64,000 bases of DNA from Rebecca billardiae RCC1528 (Eukaryota > Protista > Haptophyta). The position numbers and the translations under genes are program-made. The stretch lies in assembly GCA_965240325.2 (NCBI GenBank), contig OZ251247.1:1-64000 (forward strand), in the 5' to 3' direction. Under the pieces are notes generated by a model. That model saw nothing but the letters and a program-made list of their open reading frames with translations, was not told the origin of the DNA and made no database searches. This document shows, in pieces, positions 11,221 through 23,448 of this stretch. The first letter of the stretch is position 1; the number at the start of each line of letters is the position of its first letter.

Positions 11221-14200
11221 GAGGGAGCACGGCCGAACTCGGACTCGTGTGAAGGTCCCTCCCACTGGGACCTTCACACGTCTCGAGGGACCTTCACACG
11301 TTCGACGAGTGAAGGTCCCTCCGCTGGCGCCGCCCGTTGGCGCTGGATGGGATGGCCGCGTGCGTGCGCGAGCGCCCGCCTCGCGTCGCGCGCCCCGCGC
11401 GCAGAGCGCGCGCTCGGCCGCGCGCGACGCGGCGGAGTCGAGGCTGACATGCCCCTGGCCCACTTCGCGCCGCGCAACGCCGCCCACGCCCATCGCCGCT
11501 CGCACGCGCAGGCCTGCCGCGCACGGCTTGGGCTTTTCAGCACAGGCTGGCGGCGGCGCGCCGGGCCGAGGGCTCGGCCGGTGTTGTGCCCCTCGGCCAG
11601 GCCGAGACTTGGCGGAGGCGCGGGTAGTACCATCGCCTGCCCAGATCCCGGGCCTCGCCGTCAGAGTGTGCACGCGAGGCGCGCTGTCGTGGTCGACAGG
11701 TGAGGTGCCGCGTGCTCGCCCTCGAGCGGGCAGCGGACATACCGGCAGGCGCGCGCGCACACAGCGGGGCTGTCGAGCTGCTTCCGGCTGGGTAGATCGA
11801 CGGCGCATGCCCTGGCCCTGGTCTGGGAGGCGTGCGCGGGTTCGGAGGCCGGTGAACGCTCGGCGCGGACCCACGTGTCTTGCCGGGCACGGTTGCGCGA
11901 CAGCTCGGCAGCCAGTCTCGAGGCTGAGTGGCATCAGAGCGCTTGCCGGCGTGCTGGCGGGCTCAACCGCCGGGCCGATGCCCACGCCTTGGCCGGGATG
12001 CGACCGGCCTCCGCGTCCTCCGCAGCCGCCTGGAGCCGTCGACCCGCTGCCCACGGCCCGCGGCCGGCAGGCCGCTTGGCGGATGGCCAGAGGAGCAGGC
12101 GGCCGAGCCGGCTGGGCGGCAGCGAGGGTGGTGGGGATGGAGGCGGGCTCGGCGGCGGAGGCGGCGGAGGCGGGCTTGATAGCGGGCTCGGCGGCGGCGA
12201 GGATGGCAGGTTCAGTGCTGGCGATGACGGTGGGCTTGGCGGTGAGCTCGGCGGTGGCTGACGTGGCAGACTTGGCGGTGGGATCGGCTGCCGGCGGCTT
12301 GGTGGCAGCGGAGGCGGCGTCGACGGAATCGAGCTCGGCGGCGTGGTCGGAGGCGGTGCTGATGGCGGCGATGATGGTAGCGGGCTTGTTGGCGGCGATG
12401 TAGGCAGCGACGGCTGCGGGCTCAGCGACGGGCTTTGTGGCGGCGATGTGGGCGGTGATGACGGTGGTGGGCTCAGCGGCGGGGTCGGTAGCGGCGACGG
12501 CAGCGGCAGGCTCGAGGTGGGCTTGGTGGCGGTGATGGCGGCCGGGCTCGGCTATGGACTTTGCGGCGGTGGGCTCGGGGGCGGAGTCGGTGGCGGCGAA
12601 GGTGGTGAACCCAGCGCTAGGCTTGGCGCTGGGGTGGAGGAGACGGGCTTGGTTGTCCGTGGTGGGCTTGGTGGCGGCGATTTGGCGATGATGGCTGTGA
12701 GCGGCGGAGTGGCCGTGAGCTCGGCAGAGGTGACGGTGGCTCGGGAACGGTGGCTGGCTCGGCGGCGGCTTCGGCGGCCGCGACGGAGACGGGCTGTGAG
12801 GCGGCTAGGGCGGTGGCGTGGGATGGGATTACTGCGTCACTGTTGCCCTCGGTCAGAGCTTGGCGGGGACACAGCGCGGCCAAGCTCCGGGCGTTGGCGC
12901 TGCCGCCAGGTCGGCCGCAGGCCACCCACTCGTCGGCAAAGCTTGGGCGGCAGCGATGCCCAGACATGAAGGAGGGCACTGCGGGATCGCTGCGTCACCT
13001 CGGGAAGGCTGAGTCAATGAGAGAGATGATCGGCACTGCCCCGTCTGGTGGAGTTCGATGAGCTGACTTAGACTACTTTTGCGACCGTAGGCTGCTGCTC
13101 GGCCTTGTCAGAGTCGACATCCGACCTAGCGCCAGCGCGGCGCAGTACGTATCGATTGAGTCATTGCGCGGACCAGCAGCATGAGACGTCATCGCGACTC
13201 GGAGTTCGTCACGTGCCACTCAACCGCGTCCGACCCGCCCCACTGCCACCTTGGGCAAGCGCCTGCAGACGATACGGCGGGCCAGCATCATAAGCTGCGC
13301 TCCTGCTGAGTGCTGGCTGATGATGACTGCGTCAGACGACTGCGCATTGCAGCCGCAGCCATACCGTACATACGTTCTCAGCGGGACTACGCGCGACGAG
13401 TTGTTCTGCCTTCTAGCGGTGCCGGCACGTGGCGCGACGATTCTGGCGTCATTATCACTTGACGACTCGACTGATCACGACGAGTGGCCCTTCTCAAGCA
13501 CGTGCAGCAGCATTAGAAGTATCGCCTACACTCGTCCGTCATCGTCTGGTTCCCCTGAGAAGTCTTCTGGAATGCATCAGCGACATGCTCCCGCAGCCTG
13601 GTCAGTGGTCCAAGCCAGTCACATCCGGCAGCCTGACATCATCCCACATGCCGCGCGGGCAGAGAGGCGCGCTATGCCCATGCGACTGGCTTCCTAGAAG
13701 CTGCCGTGACGGAACGAGTGTCAGCAGTGGACCGCCGGCCGGTGCCGCGCGCCGCACCGCCGGGCCCAATGGCAACGAACACCCGGTGGCCGGCGGTGCG
13801 GCCCTAGGCTAGTGCGGCGGATCTATCGAGTATAGAACGACCGGCCGTGACGCGCTCTGCACCACGTACATTCGGACGCGGCAATGAGCAGCATGCACCA
13901 CAGTCCGGCCGTCTCAGGTCGCTGTCGTCGGCAGCCAGCCGGTGCCGGGCACGGTGGCGCCGGGCGCTCGTAGCTGAAGGACCGCGATCAAGGATTGATT
14001 GCCAAGTCGTCAGCCGACGACTGGGAAGTTGAGCCTGATGCTGCCCGCTGCCGGTTCGCGGGACGAATGACGAGCAGCCTATGGCCCGTGAACCTGCGTC
14101 AGCTCCTAGAACTCTTCCAGACGTGGTGAGGATATCCCTCACGAACTCAGCCCTCTTGCGCTGACGCAGCGCGTCTTGCGGCCTGCTGCGTGCCGCGAGC

Positions 14201-16182
14201 TATCGGACAGCGCGGCCCGCCGGCCGCGGGCCTTGGGCGGCGGGTCGACGGCTCCAGGCGGCTGCGGAGGACGCGGAGGCCGGTCGCATCCCGGCCAAGG
14301 CGTGGGCATCGGCCCGGCGGTTGAGCCCGCCAGCACGCCGGCAAGCGCTCTGATGCCACTCAGCCTCGAGACTGGCTGCCGAGCTGTCGCGCAACCGTGC
14401 CCGGCAAGACACGTGGGTCCGCGCCGAGCGTTCACCGGCCTCCGAACCCGCGCACGCCTCCCAGACCAGGGCCAGGGCATGTGCCGTCGATCTACCCAGC
14501 CGGAAGCAGCTCGACAGCCCCGCTGTGTGCGCGCGCGCCTGCCGGTATGTCCGCTGCCCGCTCGAGGGCGAGCACGCGGCGCCTCACCTGTCGACCACGA
14601 CAGCGCGCCTCGCGTGCACACTCTGACGGCGAGGCCCGGGATCTGGGCAGGCGATGGTACTACCCGCGCCTCCGCCAAGTCTCGGCCTGGCCGAGGGGCA
14701 CAACACCGGCCGAGCCCTCGGCCCGGCGCGCCGCCGCCAGCCTGTGCTGAAAAGCCCAAGCCGTGCGCGGCAGGCCTGCGCGTGCGAGCGGCGATGGGCG
14801 TGGGCGGCGTTGCGCGGCGCGAAGTGGGCCAGGGGCATGTCAGCCTCGACTCCGCCGCGTCGCGCGCGGCCGAGCGCGCGCTCTGCGCGCGGGGCGCGCG
14901 ACGCGAGGCGGGCGCTCGCGCACGCACGCGGCCATCCCATCCAGCGCCAACGGGCGGCGCCAGCGGAGGGACCTTCACTCGTCGAACGTGTGAAGGTCCC
15001 TCGAGACAAGGGAGTCAAGGGTGCCCGCGCCCCAGTGGCGCGCTCGGCGGATGTTGGGATACACCTTTTTGCCCGCGGCCTGCGGCGGGCGGCGGCGAGG
15101 GCGTGCTCCGCTGGCGGGGCGAGCGCACGGGGCACGGCGCTGCGGGCGCGGATGTGCCCGCGAAGCCGGCGCGTGCAGACGGGCTGTTGCGGGAGAGTAT
15201 TCGGCGCCCTCCTGCGCCGCGCGACTTGCGCCACGCCTCTTTCGCCTCGGCTCAGAGCAGCGCGCACGCTCGCGCCGCCTCAAGGCCAGCCTTGCCGCGC
15301 CGCAGCCGGCCGCGCGCGCGCCGTGCGCGGCGCGGTCGGGAAGGAACGGGCGCTGCTGCCGGGCGAGATGGCAAAGGCATATGCGCACGCCATGCCGCCC
15401 CGCGGCGCCTTGATGAGCGTGTCGTCGGTCTGTTTGCATGCCTCTTCGACTTGTCACAAATGGTGTGCACGGCTGCGCGGTCGTGACCCTTGTTGGGACG
15501 ATCATTGAGACACAGAATAGTGCCAGACGGGCACGCGGGCTACTCTTACATGCATGTTCATCACCGCGTGTTCATGTAGAAGTGCTGGGTGCGACGCTTT
15601 CCTCGCGCTGATGCTCTTTCATCATCTTCTGCGAGCTCAGGTCTGGCTTCGTGCACGACAAGTGATCAGCACTCGTCAACAGCTGTGCGGATCCGTTCTC
15701 GTGCTCTTTCGCGGCGCCGCGGGGCGGCATGGCGTGCGCACATGCGTTTGCCATCTCGCCCGGCAGCAGCGCCCGTTCCTTCCCGACCGCGCCGCGCACG
15801 GCGCGCGCGCGGCCGGCTGCGGCGCGGCAAGGCTGGCCTTGAGGCGGCGCGAGCGTGCGCGCTGCTCTGAGCCGAGGCGAAAGAGGCGTGGCGCAAGTCG
15901 CGCGGCGCAGGAGGGCGCCGAATACTCTCCCGCAACAGCCCGTCTGCACGCGCCGGCTTCGCGGGCACATCCGCGCCCGCAGCGCCGTGCCCCGTGCGCT
16001 CGCCCCGCCAGCGGAGCACGCCCTCGCCGCCGCCCGCCGCAGGCCGCGGGCAAAAAGGTGTATCCTCACATCCGCCGAGCGCGCCACTGGGGCGCGGGCA
16101 CCCTTGACTCCCTTGCTCGAGACGTGTGAAGGTCCCAGTGGGAGGGACCTTCACACGAGTCCGAGTTCGGCCGTGCTCCCTC
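11221..16182. mobile_element. Non-autonomous long-TIR (foldback) DNA transposon, ~855-bp TIRs, 5-bp TSD GGATG
   Basis: Termini GAGGGAGCACGGCCGAACTCGG...CCGAGTTCGGCCGTGCTCCCTC. The left arm 11221-~12075 is inverted at ~14212-15006 plus 16123-16182. GGATG is duplicated at 11216-11220 and 16183-16187. The empty site (GGCCAGGGATGGCACAAGCG) is visible upstream of copy 9 near 38426. GAG...CTC ends and long TIRs recall Sola2, but the family is not established. Confidence 0.9.
15007..16115. mobile_element. P-element-like non-autonomous element, ~400-bp TIRs, nested in the right TIR of the previous element
   Basis: Termini CAAGGGAGTCAAGGG...CCCTTGACTCCCTTG. Arms ~15007-15409 and ~15713-16115. A 7-bp TSD CTCGAGA sits at 15000-15006 and 16116-16122, and is single in the left arm of the host. 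CANRG ends with a 7-8 bp TSD are typical of the P superfamily. Confidence 0.88.
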
Positions 16183-17073
16183 GGATGGCACAAGCGATTC
16201 GCCGAATTACCATCGGCGACGGCTTCATGGGCGGTGACAGTTGGCGGGCGTCAATCTCGCCTGCCTGAGCTGTGTGCGTCTCTTATTCTTAGTAAACTGT
16301 AGTCCCCCTCGGGGCGCCAGTCCGGCTCAAAAGCGTTGCCGCGGCTCGCGAGATGGCTGCCCATCGCTCCCAGCGTGGGCCATCTCTCGCACAACGAGGG
16401 AGCGCCCACGCGGACACCACGGGCGCGACGGCGCGTGTGGCGTTGCGGGTTGTGTGACATGTACGTGCTTGAGGTATCTACGCACATTGGCGCCTGTAAT
16501 CTACCTCCATTGTCGCTTGGCTTGTGCAAGCGACCGCTGCTGTGATCTTTGATCGTACGCCCGCCCGCGCGGGCGCCCTGCTCGGATTCTTACCCTGCGC
16601 TCCTGGATGAGTGAACGCGAGCAGTGCACGTAGCCTTCGGAGGGAGGCTGCCAGCGCGTGCGCGAGCTCTCGAGCCCATCCGATCCTTGCAGACACCCCC
16701 AGGAAGAGCTCCAGAGCCCGATACACGACAGACTCTAGCTGCAGAAAAATCCCAATTCAAAAAGCAATCACCGTAATGCCTGGTATACTACCACAGGAGC
16801 GGAGACGCTGGCCCTGGAGCGGCGAGCGAAACTACATGCGAGCTGCGAGCGCTGACGGCACGACTCCGACGGCCGCCGGGCAGCGCTGCTCAGAGTGCAC
16901 GCGTACACGCCGCACTGCGCCCCGGACTCGGCAGTCCGGACTCCGCGCCTGCAGGCAGCGCTCAGCCGGCCAGCCCCCGTCCCCTCCGGCCCCGCGCACC
17001 TCGACACTCCCCGCCTCAGGCAGGCCCGCAGCGGCTCCGGCTGCCTGCCCTCGCCTCTCGGAGGCAGGCGGCG

Positions 17074-18534
17074 TCAGCAGACGCGCGCACGCCACGCCGT
17101 CTCGACGCACGCGGGCGTGGCGATCAGCTGGGTGGGCTCGTCTTGCTCGGCCTCGCTCATGCCGAGGCCGAGCGCAGCCGAGCGCTTGCCGCACGCGTAC
17201 ACGCTGCCGTCCGCACTCACAAACAGCGAGTGGAAGTCGCCCATGGCACAGCGCACCACACGAGCTTGGGCGAGCACGCCCACTCGTGCGGGGGTCTTGG
17301 AAGCCGCGTTCCCGGGCCGCCCGAGCTGCCCATGCGTGTTGTCCCCGAACGTGTGCACGCTGCCGTCCGCGCCCAGCACCGCACTGCCGCCTGAGCCAGC
17401 GCACGCGCGCACAGCGCGCACAGCGGCGAGGGAGTCGATCCACCTCGGCGTGGGCTGCTTGTGCGTGTCTCCGTGCCCCAGCCTGCCATCCCCACCGTGC
17501 CCAAACGAGTACACCGCCCCGTCGCTGTCCACCACCAGGCTGTGCCTGATGACCGCGCTCACGCGCACGGCGCGCACGCCCGCGAGCGCCTCGATGCGCC
17601 TCGGCGTGCGCCGAGCCTGCCTGTCACCGTGGCCGAGACGGCCCATGTAGCCATGGCCGCACGAGTAGACGGCGCCGTGCGCCGAGAGCAGCAGCGTGTG
17701 GTCGTCACCCGCGGCCACCCCGCCCACGCGCACGCCGTCCAGCGCCTCGATGCGCGTCGGCTCCGACCGCTCCTTCTTGTCGCCGTGGCCGAGCTGGCCG
17801 GAGTCGTTGTAGCCCCAGCTGTACGCGCACCCAGCGGCGGTGAGCGCGAGGCTGTGGCCGTAGCCGGCCGAGATGCCGACGATAAGCTCGCTCGTGGGTA
17901 GCTTGACGAGCGCGAACGAGCGCCGCTTCTCCGTGTCCCCCAGCCCGAGCCGGCCGTACCTGTTGTTGCCGCAGCCGTACACGGCGCCGGCGTCGCTCAG
18001 CGCGAGCAGGTGGTCCCAGCCAGCCGCCACAGCGACCACGCGCACCGCGCTGAGGGAGGCGACGCGCGTCGGTACGCGCACTGCATGCATGCCAGCGTGG
18101 CCGATGGCTACGTGCGCTCGATACTCGCCCGTCAGACGTCGGAACTCGTCCAGCACCGCCTCCTCGCCGCACGTGTGCAGCCCGCCCTCCGCGTCCACAA
18201 GCGCGCTGAAGTCCTCGCCGGCCGCAACCGAGGATGCGTGCGCGCATGCGAGCTCGAGTACGCGCTCGCGAACGAGCAGCTCCTCCGTCCACGTGCAGAC
18301 GCCCGAGGGCAGCGCCACCGGCAGCGCGCGCTCGTGCCCACGCGCGCGCGCGCGCTCGCGCAGCGCGTGCTCGACCGGCGAGCACCCGCCGGGCGGCGCG
18401 GCGTGGAAGAGGCGCGCGGTAGCGTTTAGGCTGGCGAGGGCACGCGACGGCAGGCATAAGATGATGCGGGCGAGCACTTCCGGGGGCAGGTCGTCAAGCG
18501 CGAGGGGCGGCGTGCGCGTCCGTGCCGTGGCCAT
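17074..18534 (-). CDS. F-box + 7x RCC1-repeat protein, copy 5 (type A, ~486 aa)
   Basis: Same architecture, intact ORF. The N-terminal half is nearly identical to copy 7. Confidence 0.93.
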   Translation of the reverse strand: MATARTRTPPLALDDLPPEVLARIILCLPSRALASLNATARLFHAAPPGGCSPVEHALRERARARGHERALPVALPSGVCTWTEELLVRERVLELACAHASSVAAGEDFSALVDAEGGLHTCGEEAVLDEFRRLTGEYRAHVAIGHAGMHAVRVPTRVASLSAVRVVAVAAGWDHLLALSDAGAVYGCGNNRYGRLGLGDTEKRRSFALVKLPTSELIVGISAGYGHSLALTAAGCAYSWGYNDSGQLGHGDKKERSEPTRIEALDGVRVGGVAAGDDHTLLLSAHGAVYSCGHGYMGRLGHGDRQARRTPRRIEALAGVRAVRVSAVIRHSLVVDSDGAVYSFGHGGDGRLGHGDTHKQPTPRWIDSLAAVRAVRACAGSGGSAVLGADGSVHTFGDNTHGQLGRPGNAASKTPARVGVLAQARVVRCAMGDFHSLFVSADGSVYACGKRSAALGLGMSEAEQDEPTQLIATPACVETAWRARVC

Positions 18535-19390
18535 CGAGCCGAGCGCGAGAGAAGACGAGGGGAAGGGCCGAGCGGAGGGCGGTGCCGGTGCGGAGGACAC
18601 GGCACCCCTCCGCCTGGATGCACCAGGGCAAACCGTCCCCCAACCAAGTCACAGCGAGGGTGCTGAGCTGCGTCAGTCCTAGCCACTGTCAGTAGCCTGC
18701 TGACGACGGCACTACGCGCATTGATATAGGACCGCATCACTGCTACTGCTCGTCTGATGTGACTTGTGAGCAGCGTCCGGCGCGGTTGATCACTATTCAC
18801 TGGCGCGGGCGCCGGTCGTGAACACCTATATACCGCGTTGGTAACACGCGGGGACGGCGTCAGAGGCAGAGCAGACCGGCCGCGCCTGAGTCGCCACTGC
18901 TGAGACGACCCGGATGATGACGCCTGCATAGTGCATGGCTGGCTCTGGCCGACACCAGCTCGGCTGCTCACGGCACGCAGTCGGCACTGCGGCCGCGACT
19001 GCGACGGCCGCCGGGCAGCGCTGCTCAGAGTGCACGTACACGCCGCACTGCGCATCGGACTCGGCAGTCCGGACTCGGCGCCTGCAGGCAGGACTCAGCC
19101 GCGCGGCGCACGTGCCGTCGCGCCGGCTAGCCCCCCGCCCCCCCCCCCCCCCCGCGCCGGCAGGGCCCAGGGCGGCACGCGCTGCTTTCGTGCCGCAGCC
19201 CTCAACACCCGGAGACGCGCGCTGTTGCCCCCTCCGCTGCCCGTGCCGTGCGCACCCGTGCCGCGCCCAGTGCGCCCGGCATGCAGTGGCACCTCCCCTC
19301 CTCCCCCCGCGCGCACCCCCACACTGCCCGCTGCAGGCAGGCCCGCAGCGGCTCCGGCTGCCGGCCCTCGCCCCTCGGAGGCAGGCGGCG

Positions 19391-20836
19391 TCAGCAGACG
19401 CGCGCACGCCACGCCGTCTCGACGCACGCGGGCGTGGCGATCAGCTGGGTGGGCTCGTCTTGCTCGGCCTCGCTCATGCCGAGGCCGAGCGCAGCCGACC
19501 GCTTGCCGCACGCGTACACGCTGCCGTCCGCACTCACAAACAGCGAGTGGGAGCCGCCCATGGCACAGCGCACCACGCGCGCTTGGGCGAGCGCGCCAGC
19601 ACGCGTGGGCAGCGACCATTCGCCAGCGCCATCTTGCCCGAGCTGGCCGTTCGCGTTGTCCCCGAACGTGTGCACGCTGCCGTCCGCGCCCACCACCGCG
19701 CTGCTGCCAGAGCCGGCGCACGCGTGCACGATGCGCACAGCGGCGAGGGCGTCAAGCTGCCTCGGCGTGCGCTGCTCGTGCGTGTCACCGTGCCCCAGCC
19801 TGCCCTCCCCGCCGTGCCCAAACGAGGACACCGCCCCCTCGCTGTCCACCACCAGGCTGTGCGCACCGCCCGTGCTCACGTGCACGGCGCGCACGCCCGC
19901 GAGCGCCTCGATGCGCTGCGGCGTGTACCGACGCCGATGGTCGTCGTGGCCGAGCTGGCCAAACTGGCCATGGCCGCACGAGTAGACGGCGCCGTGCGCA
20001 GACAGAAGCAGCGTGTGCGCCTCGCCAGCTGCCATCCCGCCCACGCGCACGCTGTCCAGCGCCGCGATGCGCGTTGGCCTCCGCCGCGTCTGCCTGTCGC
20101 CGTGGCCGAGCTGGCCGTAGTAGTTGAGGCCCCAGCTGTACGCGCAGCCCGCGGCGGTGAGCGCGAGGCTGTGGTAGTTGCCGGCCGAGATGCCCACGAC
20201 CACGGCGCCGGCCCGCGCAACGACCGGAGCGAACGACAACCGCCTCTCCTTGTCCCCCAGCCCGAGCTGGCCGTGGACGTTGCTGCCGCAGCCGTACACG
20301 GCGCCGGCCTCGCTCAGCGCGAGCAGGTGCAAGCTGCCAGCGGCCACCGCGATCACACGCACCGCGTTGAGGGAGGTGACGTGCGTCGGCACGCGCGCCA
20401 CCTGCACGGCCAACTGGCCAGTAGCCACGTGCGCTGCATACTTGCCCGTCGTCTTCCCGAAATCCTTGCCGCACGCGTGCAGCCCGCCCTCCGCGTCCAC
20501 AAACGCGCTGAAGTCCTCGCCGGCCGCAACCGAGGATGCGTGCGCGCATGCGAGCTCGAGGACACCCTCGCGCACGAACAGCTCCTCTGCCCACGTGCGC
20601 ACGCCCGAGGGCAGCGCCGCCGGCAGCAGCCGCTCGTGCCCGCGCGCGCGCGCGCGCTCGCGCAGCGCGTGCTCGACTGGCGAGCACCCGCCGGGCGGCG
20701 CGGCGTGGAAGAGGCGCGCGGTGGCGTTCAGGCTGGCGAGGTCGCGCGGCGGCAGGAGTGGGAGGATGCGGTCAAGCACCTCTGACGGCAGGTCGTCGAA
20801 CCCGGGGCGCGGTGCGTGCGTCCGTGCCGTGGCCAT
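19391..20836 (-). CDS. F-box + 7x RCC1-repeat protein, copy 6 (type B leader, ~481 aa)
   Basis: Same architecture, intact ORF. Mosaic of type-B leader, copy-1-like blades and a copy-5-like tail. Confidence 0.93.
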   Translation of the reverse strand: MATARTHAPRPGFDDLPSEVLDRILPLLPPRDLASLNATARLFHAAPPGGCSPVEHALRERARARGHERLLPAALPSGVRTWAEELFVREGVLELACAHASSVAAGEDFSAFVDAEGGLHACGKDFGKTTGKYAAHVATGQLAVQVARVPTHVTSLNAVRVIAVAAGSLHLLALSEAGAVYGCGSNVHGQLGLGDKERRLSFAPVVARAGAVVVGISAGNYHSLALTAAGCAYSWGLNYYGQLGHGDRQTRRRPTRIAALDSVRVGGMAAGEAHTLLLSAHGAVYSCGHGQFGQLGHDDHRRRYTPQRIEALAGVRAVHVSTGGAHSLVVDSEGAVSSFGHGGEGRLGHGDTHEQRTPRQLDALAAVRIVHACAGSGSSAVVGADGSVHTFGDNANGQLGQDGAGEWSLPTRAGALAQARVVRCAMGGSHSLFVSADGSVYACGKRSAALGLGMSEAEQDEPTQLIATPACVETAWRARVC

Positions 20837-20936
20837 CGAGTCGAGCGCGAGAGAGGAGGAGGGCTGCCGATGAGTTGAGGTGAGGAACCGGCAGGAGGGT
20901 GGACAGGGCAAGACAGGGCACCTGCCGGCTACTCTA

Positions 20937-23199
20937 CTCGGGCCGGGGGTTTTGTGGTAAGGATTTTCCGAAAAATCGGCGGCCGCTTTTTCGGAAAATC
21001 GCGGGACTGTGGCGGACGCGATGCATACCGCACGACGGTGATGGCCGCGCCGGGGGAGGACGGGACCGGAGGTGCAGCAGGCCGCAGCTGCGATTGTCGC
21101 GTTGATGGGACGGGCGGCGCGGTGGCCAATGCCCCGGCCCATGATCCGGGCGATACACGGATGTCGAGACCGGGGCACAACTTCCCGAGCGGGTGCCGTA
21201 GGAGAATCAGCACCTGCTCACACGTAGCGAGCATTGCCCTTCGTCTTTTTCGCGCGGGGATCAATCTGGCCCACAGCTTCGCGATGCTGCGCACTGTGGG
21301 CCAGGTGATACAGGCTTTCCAGTTCGCTGAACTCAAGAGGACCGCTCGCACTCCCAAGGCTTGGGCCTGTACCGCGGTGGTGCTCGGCGGACCTGATCCA
21401 AAGCCACAGCTGTGGTTTGACCTCGCGGGCGTACATGGCAAGACTGTATGGTCGCAAGGCCATCGATGTGAACGTGTGCACGACGCCACTCTGCCATGCT
21501 TCAACTCGTCTGGGTCGAGCTGAGGGCAAGCATTCGTGCCCGGAGCATCTGTCAGGCGCGCGTGCATGCATGCGCGCTGCGCGCCACGCTGCGCCCCGCG
21601 GCTACAGCTCCTGTCACCTTAGCAGATATCTAATGTTGACCACCCCTTTGCGCATCCTTCAGTAGGCTGTGGCAGGTGGGCCTTCCGCGACTGCGCCCAT
21701 CGTCATCATGTCGCCGTGATCATCTGTCAGCAGCTGATCGTCTGAGAGTCGTCTGCAGCTTGTCAGACTGTCCGCCCGTCCGGGCCCGGGGCCTCAGGCT
21801 CAGGCTGCTTTCGATCGGGCTGGCGCCGAGCTCAAGTGATAATCGTCGGCTCACATGTAGTCACATATCCGGCGGCGGATGGCAGCATTGAGAGAAACCA
21901 CTCTCACTCGCAGGCTCAGCTGATGACCGCCGAGACCAGCAGCGCTTCAAAATCGTCAGTAGTATATATCATAGTACGCGTAGCATGATCGTCAACGGTC
22001 AGCGCGACTACTCATAGTCAAACTGCATCGCGTCGACTCGTCCTCAGCCGCCGGTTGCCCCTAGGAGCGGGCGCAGCGTCGCCCTGGCGCCCTCAACTGC
22101 AGGCCAATCGCGACGGGCGGCAGCGGGGGCAGCATGACGAACACTGAGTCGACAAGTGTGAGCTTTCCTGCTGGCGCCTCGCCCGCCGCTCGCCCCGCAG
22201 CACTCGCAGGGATGACTTCCGGCAGCGCGCGCAGCTCTGAGCTCACCGGCGATCAGCGCGCGCAGCTCATGCGCGCGCTGACCGGTGAGCGTGCCCGCGC
22301 CCATCGCGCGGACGAGCGCGGCGTAGGCCGAGAGCAATGCGGCTTTCTGCACGTACGTGTGCGTCGCCAAGCCGCGCGAGCTCGAGCCACACGCCGCGTG
22401 TAACGGCAGCTCAAGGCCGCTTCACCGATCACGCGTGAGGCGGCACGCGATACTCGGAACGCAGAGGTCGGTGAGGCTTTCAGAGCGGCGCTCACTGAGG
22501 CGGCTTGCGCAGGGCGTAGCTCGGCGAAGCGCTACTGGAGATGAATACCTGTCCCCGAGACGCAAGCCACGACATGTCTGTCAACTGGGACAGCACACTG
22601 AGGGAAGCATCAGCTGCGAGGTCAGGGTGTCTACTGCCAGACATCTGCCAGTTGAACGCCTCGCGCCCCACCTTCGTGCCAGCTGGGCCGAGCAGGTAGC
22701 AGCAAGGGTTCGCGCAGTACGGTATGGCAGCGTCCGCGGACGGCGAGAGGGTCGCCCAGCCGCCATGTAGTATGTACTTGGATCGACAGCTCGGCGCACG
22801 CGCTGAACGATTGGAAATGTACTTCTGCGTGAACGGCAGCTTGCGCGCCTGCTTGCCAGCGGCAGGAGCCAGCACGACGGCAGTGCACGCAACAAGGAAC
22901 GTCAGCACGCTCATGGCGAATGTTTGCCGTCCTCCGCCTCGCCGCTCGCATCCGATTTGCGGCCGATTCGGCGACGTGCAGATGGGCGGCATGGCGCAGC
23001 CTCGCGGCCTGGTGAGCCATATGAGCGCCCGCTCCCAAGTACCCGTAAGGTATTGACACATAGGAGCCGGCTTCATAGGCGACTCGCCTTTGAATAGCAG
23101 CTGCCTTCATAGGCGCGCGCTCAAAATAGCGCACGCCGACGAAGCTGAAACAGTTTGTTAAAGTTACAAATTTCGCTACCGCCAAACCCCCGGCCCGAG
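20937..23199. mobile_element. Tc1/mariner-like non-autonomous element (TA TSD)
   Basis: TA|CTCGGGCCGGGGGTTT at the left end and AAACCCCCGGCCCGAG|TA at the right end. The conserved array spacer (GCAAACCGTCTCC...GTCACAGC) resumes right after it. No recognisable transposase. Confidence 0.7.
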
Positions 23200-23448
23200 T
23201 AGTGGCAGCAAACCGTCTCCCAACCAAAGAGTCACAGCCGACGCACAGTCTCACTCGCAGCGAGGGTGCTGAGCAGTGAGCTGCGTCAGCTCCTGGCCAC
23301 TGTCAGTCAGTAGCCTGCTGACGCCGGCTGACTACGCGCATTGATACCGCATCAAGTGCTGCTACTGCTCGTCTGCGACGTGTGAACAGCGTCCGGCGCG
23401 GTTCATCACTGGCCGGCGGCCGGCTGTGAACACCTACCGTTGGTAGTG

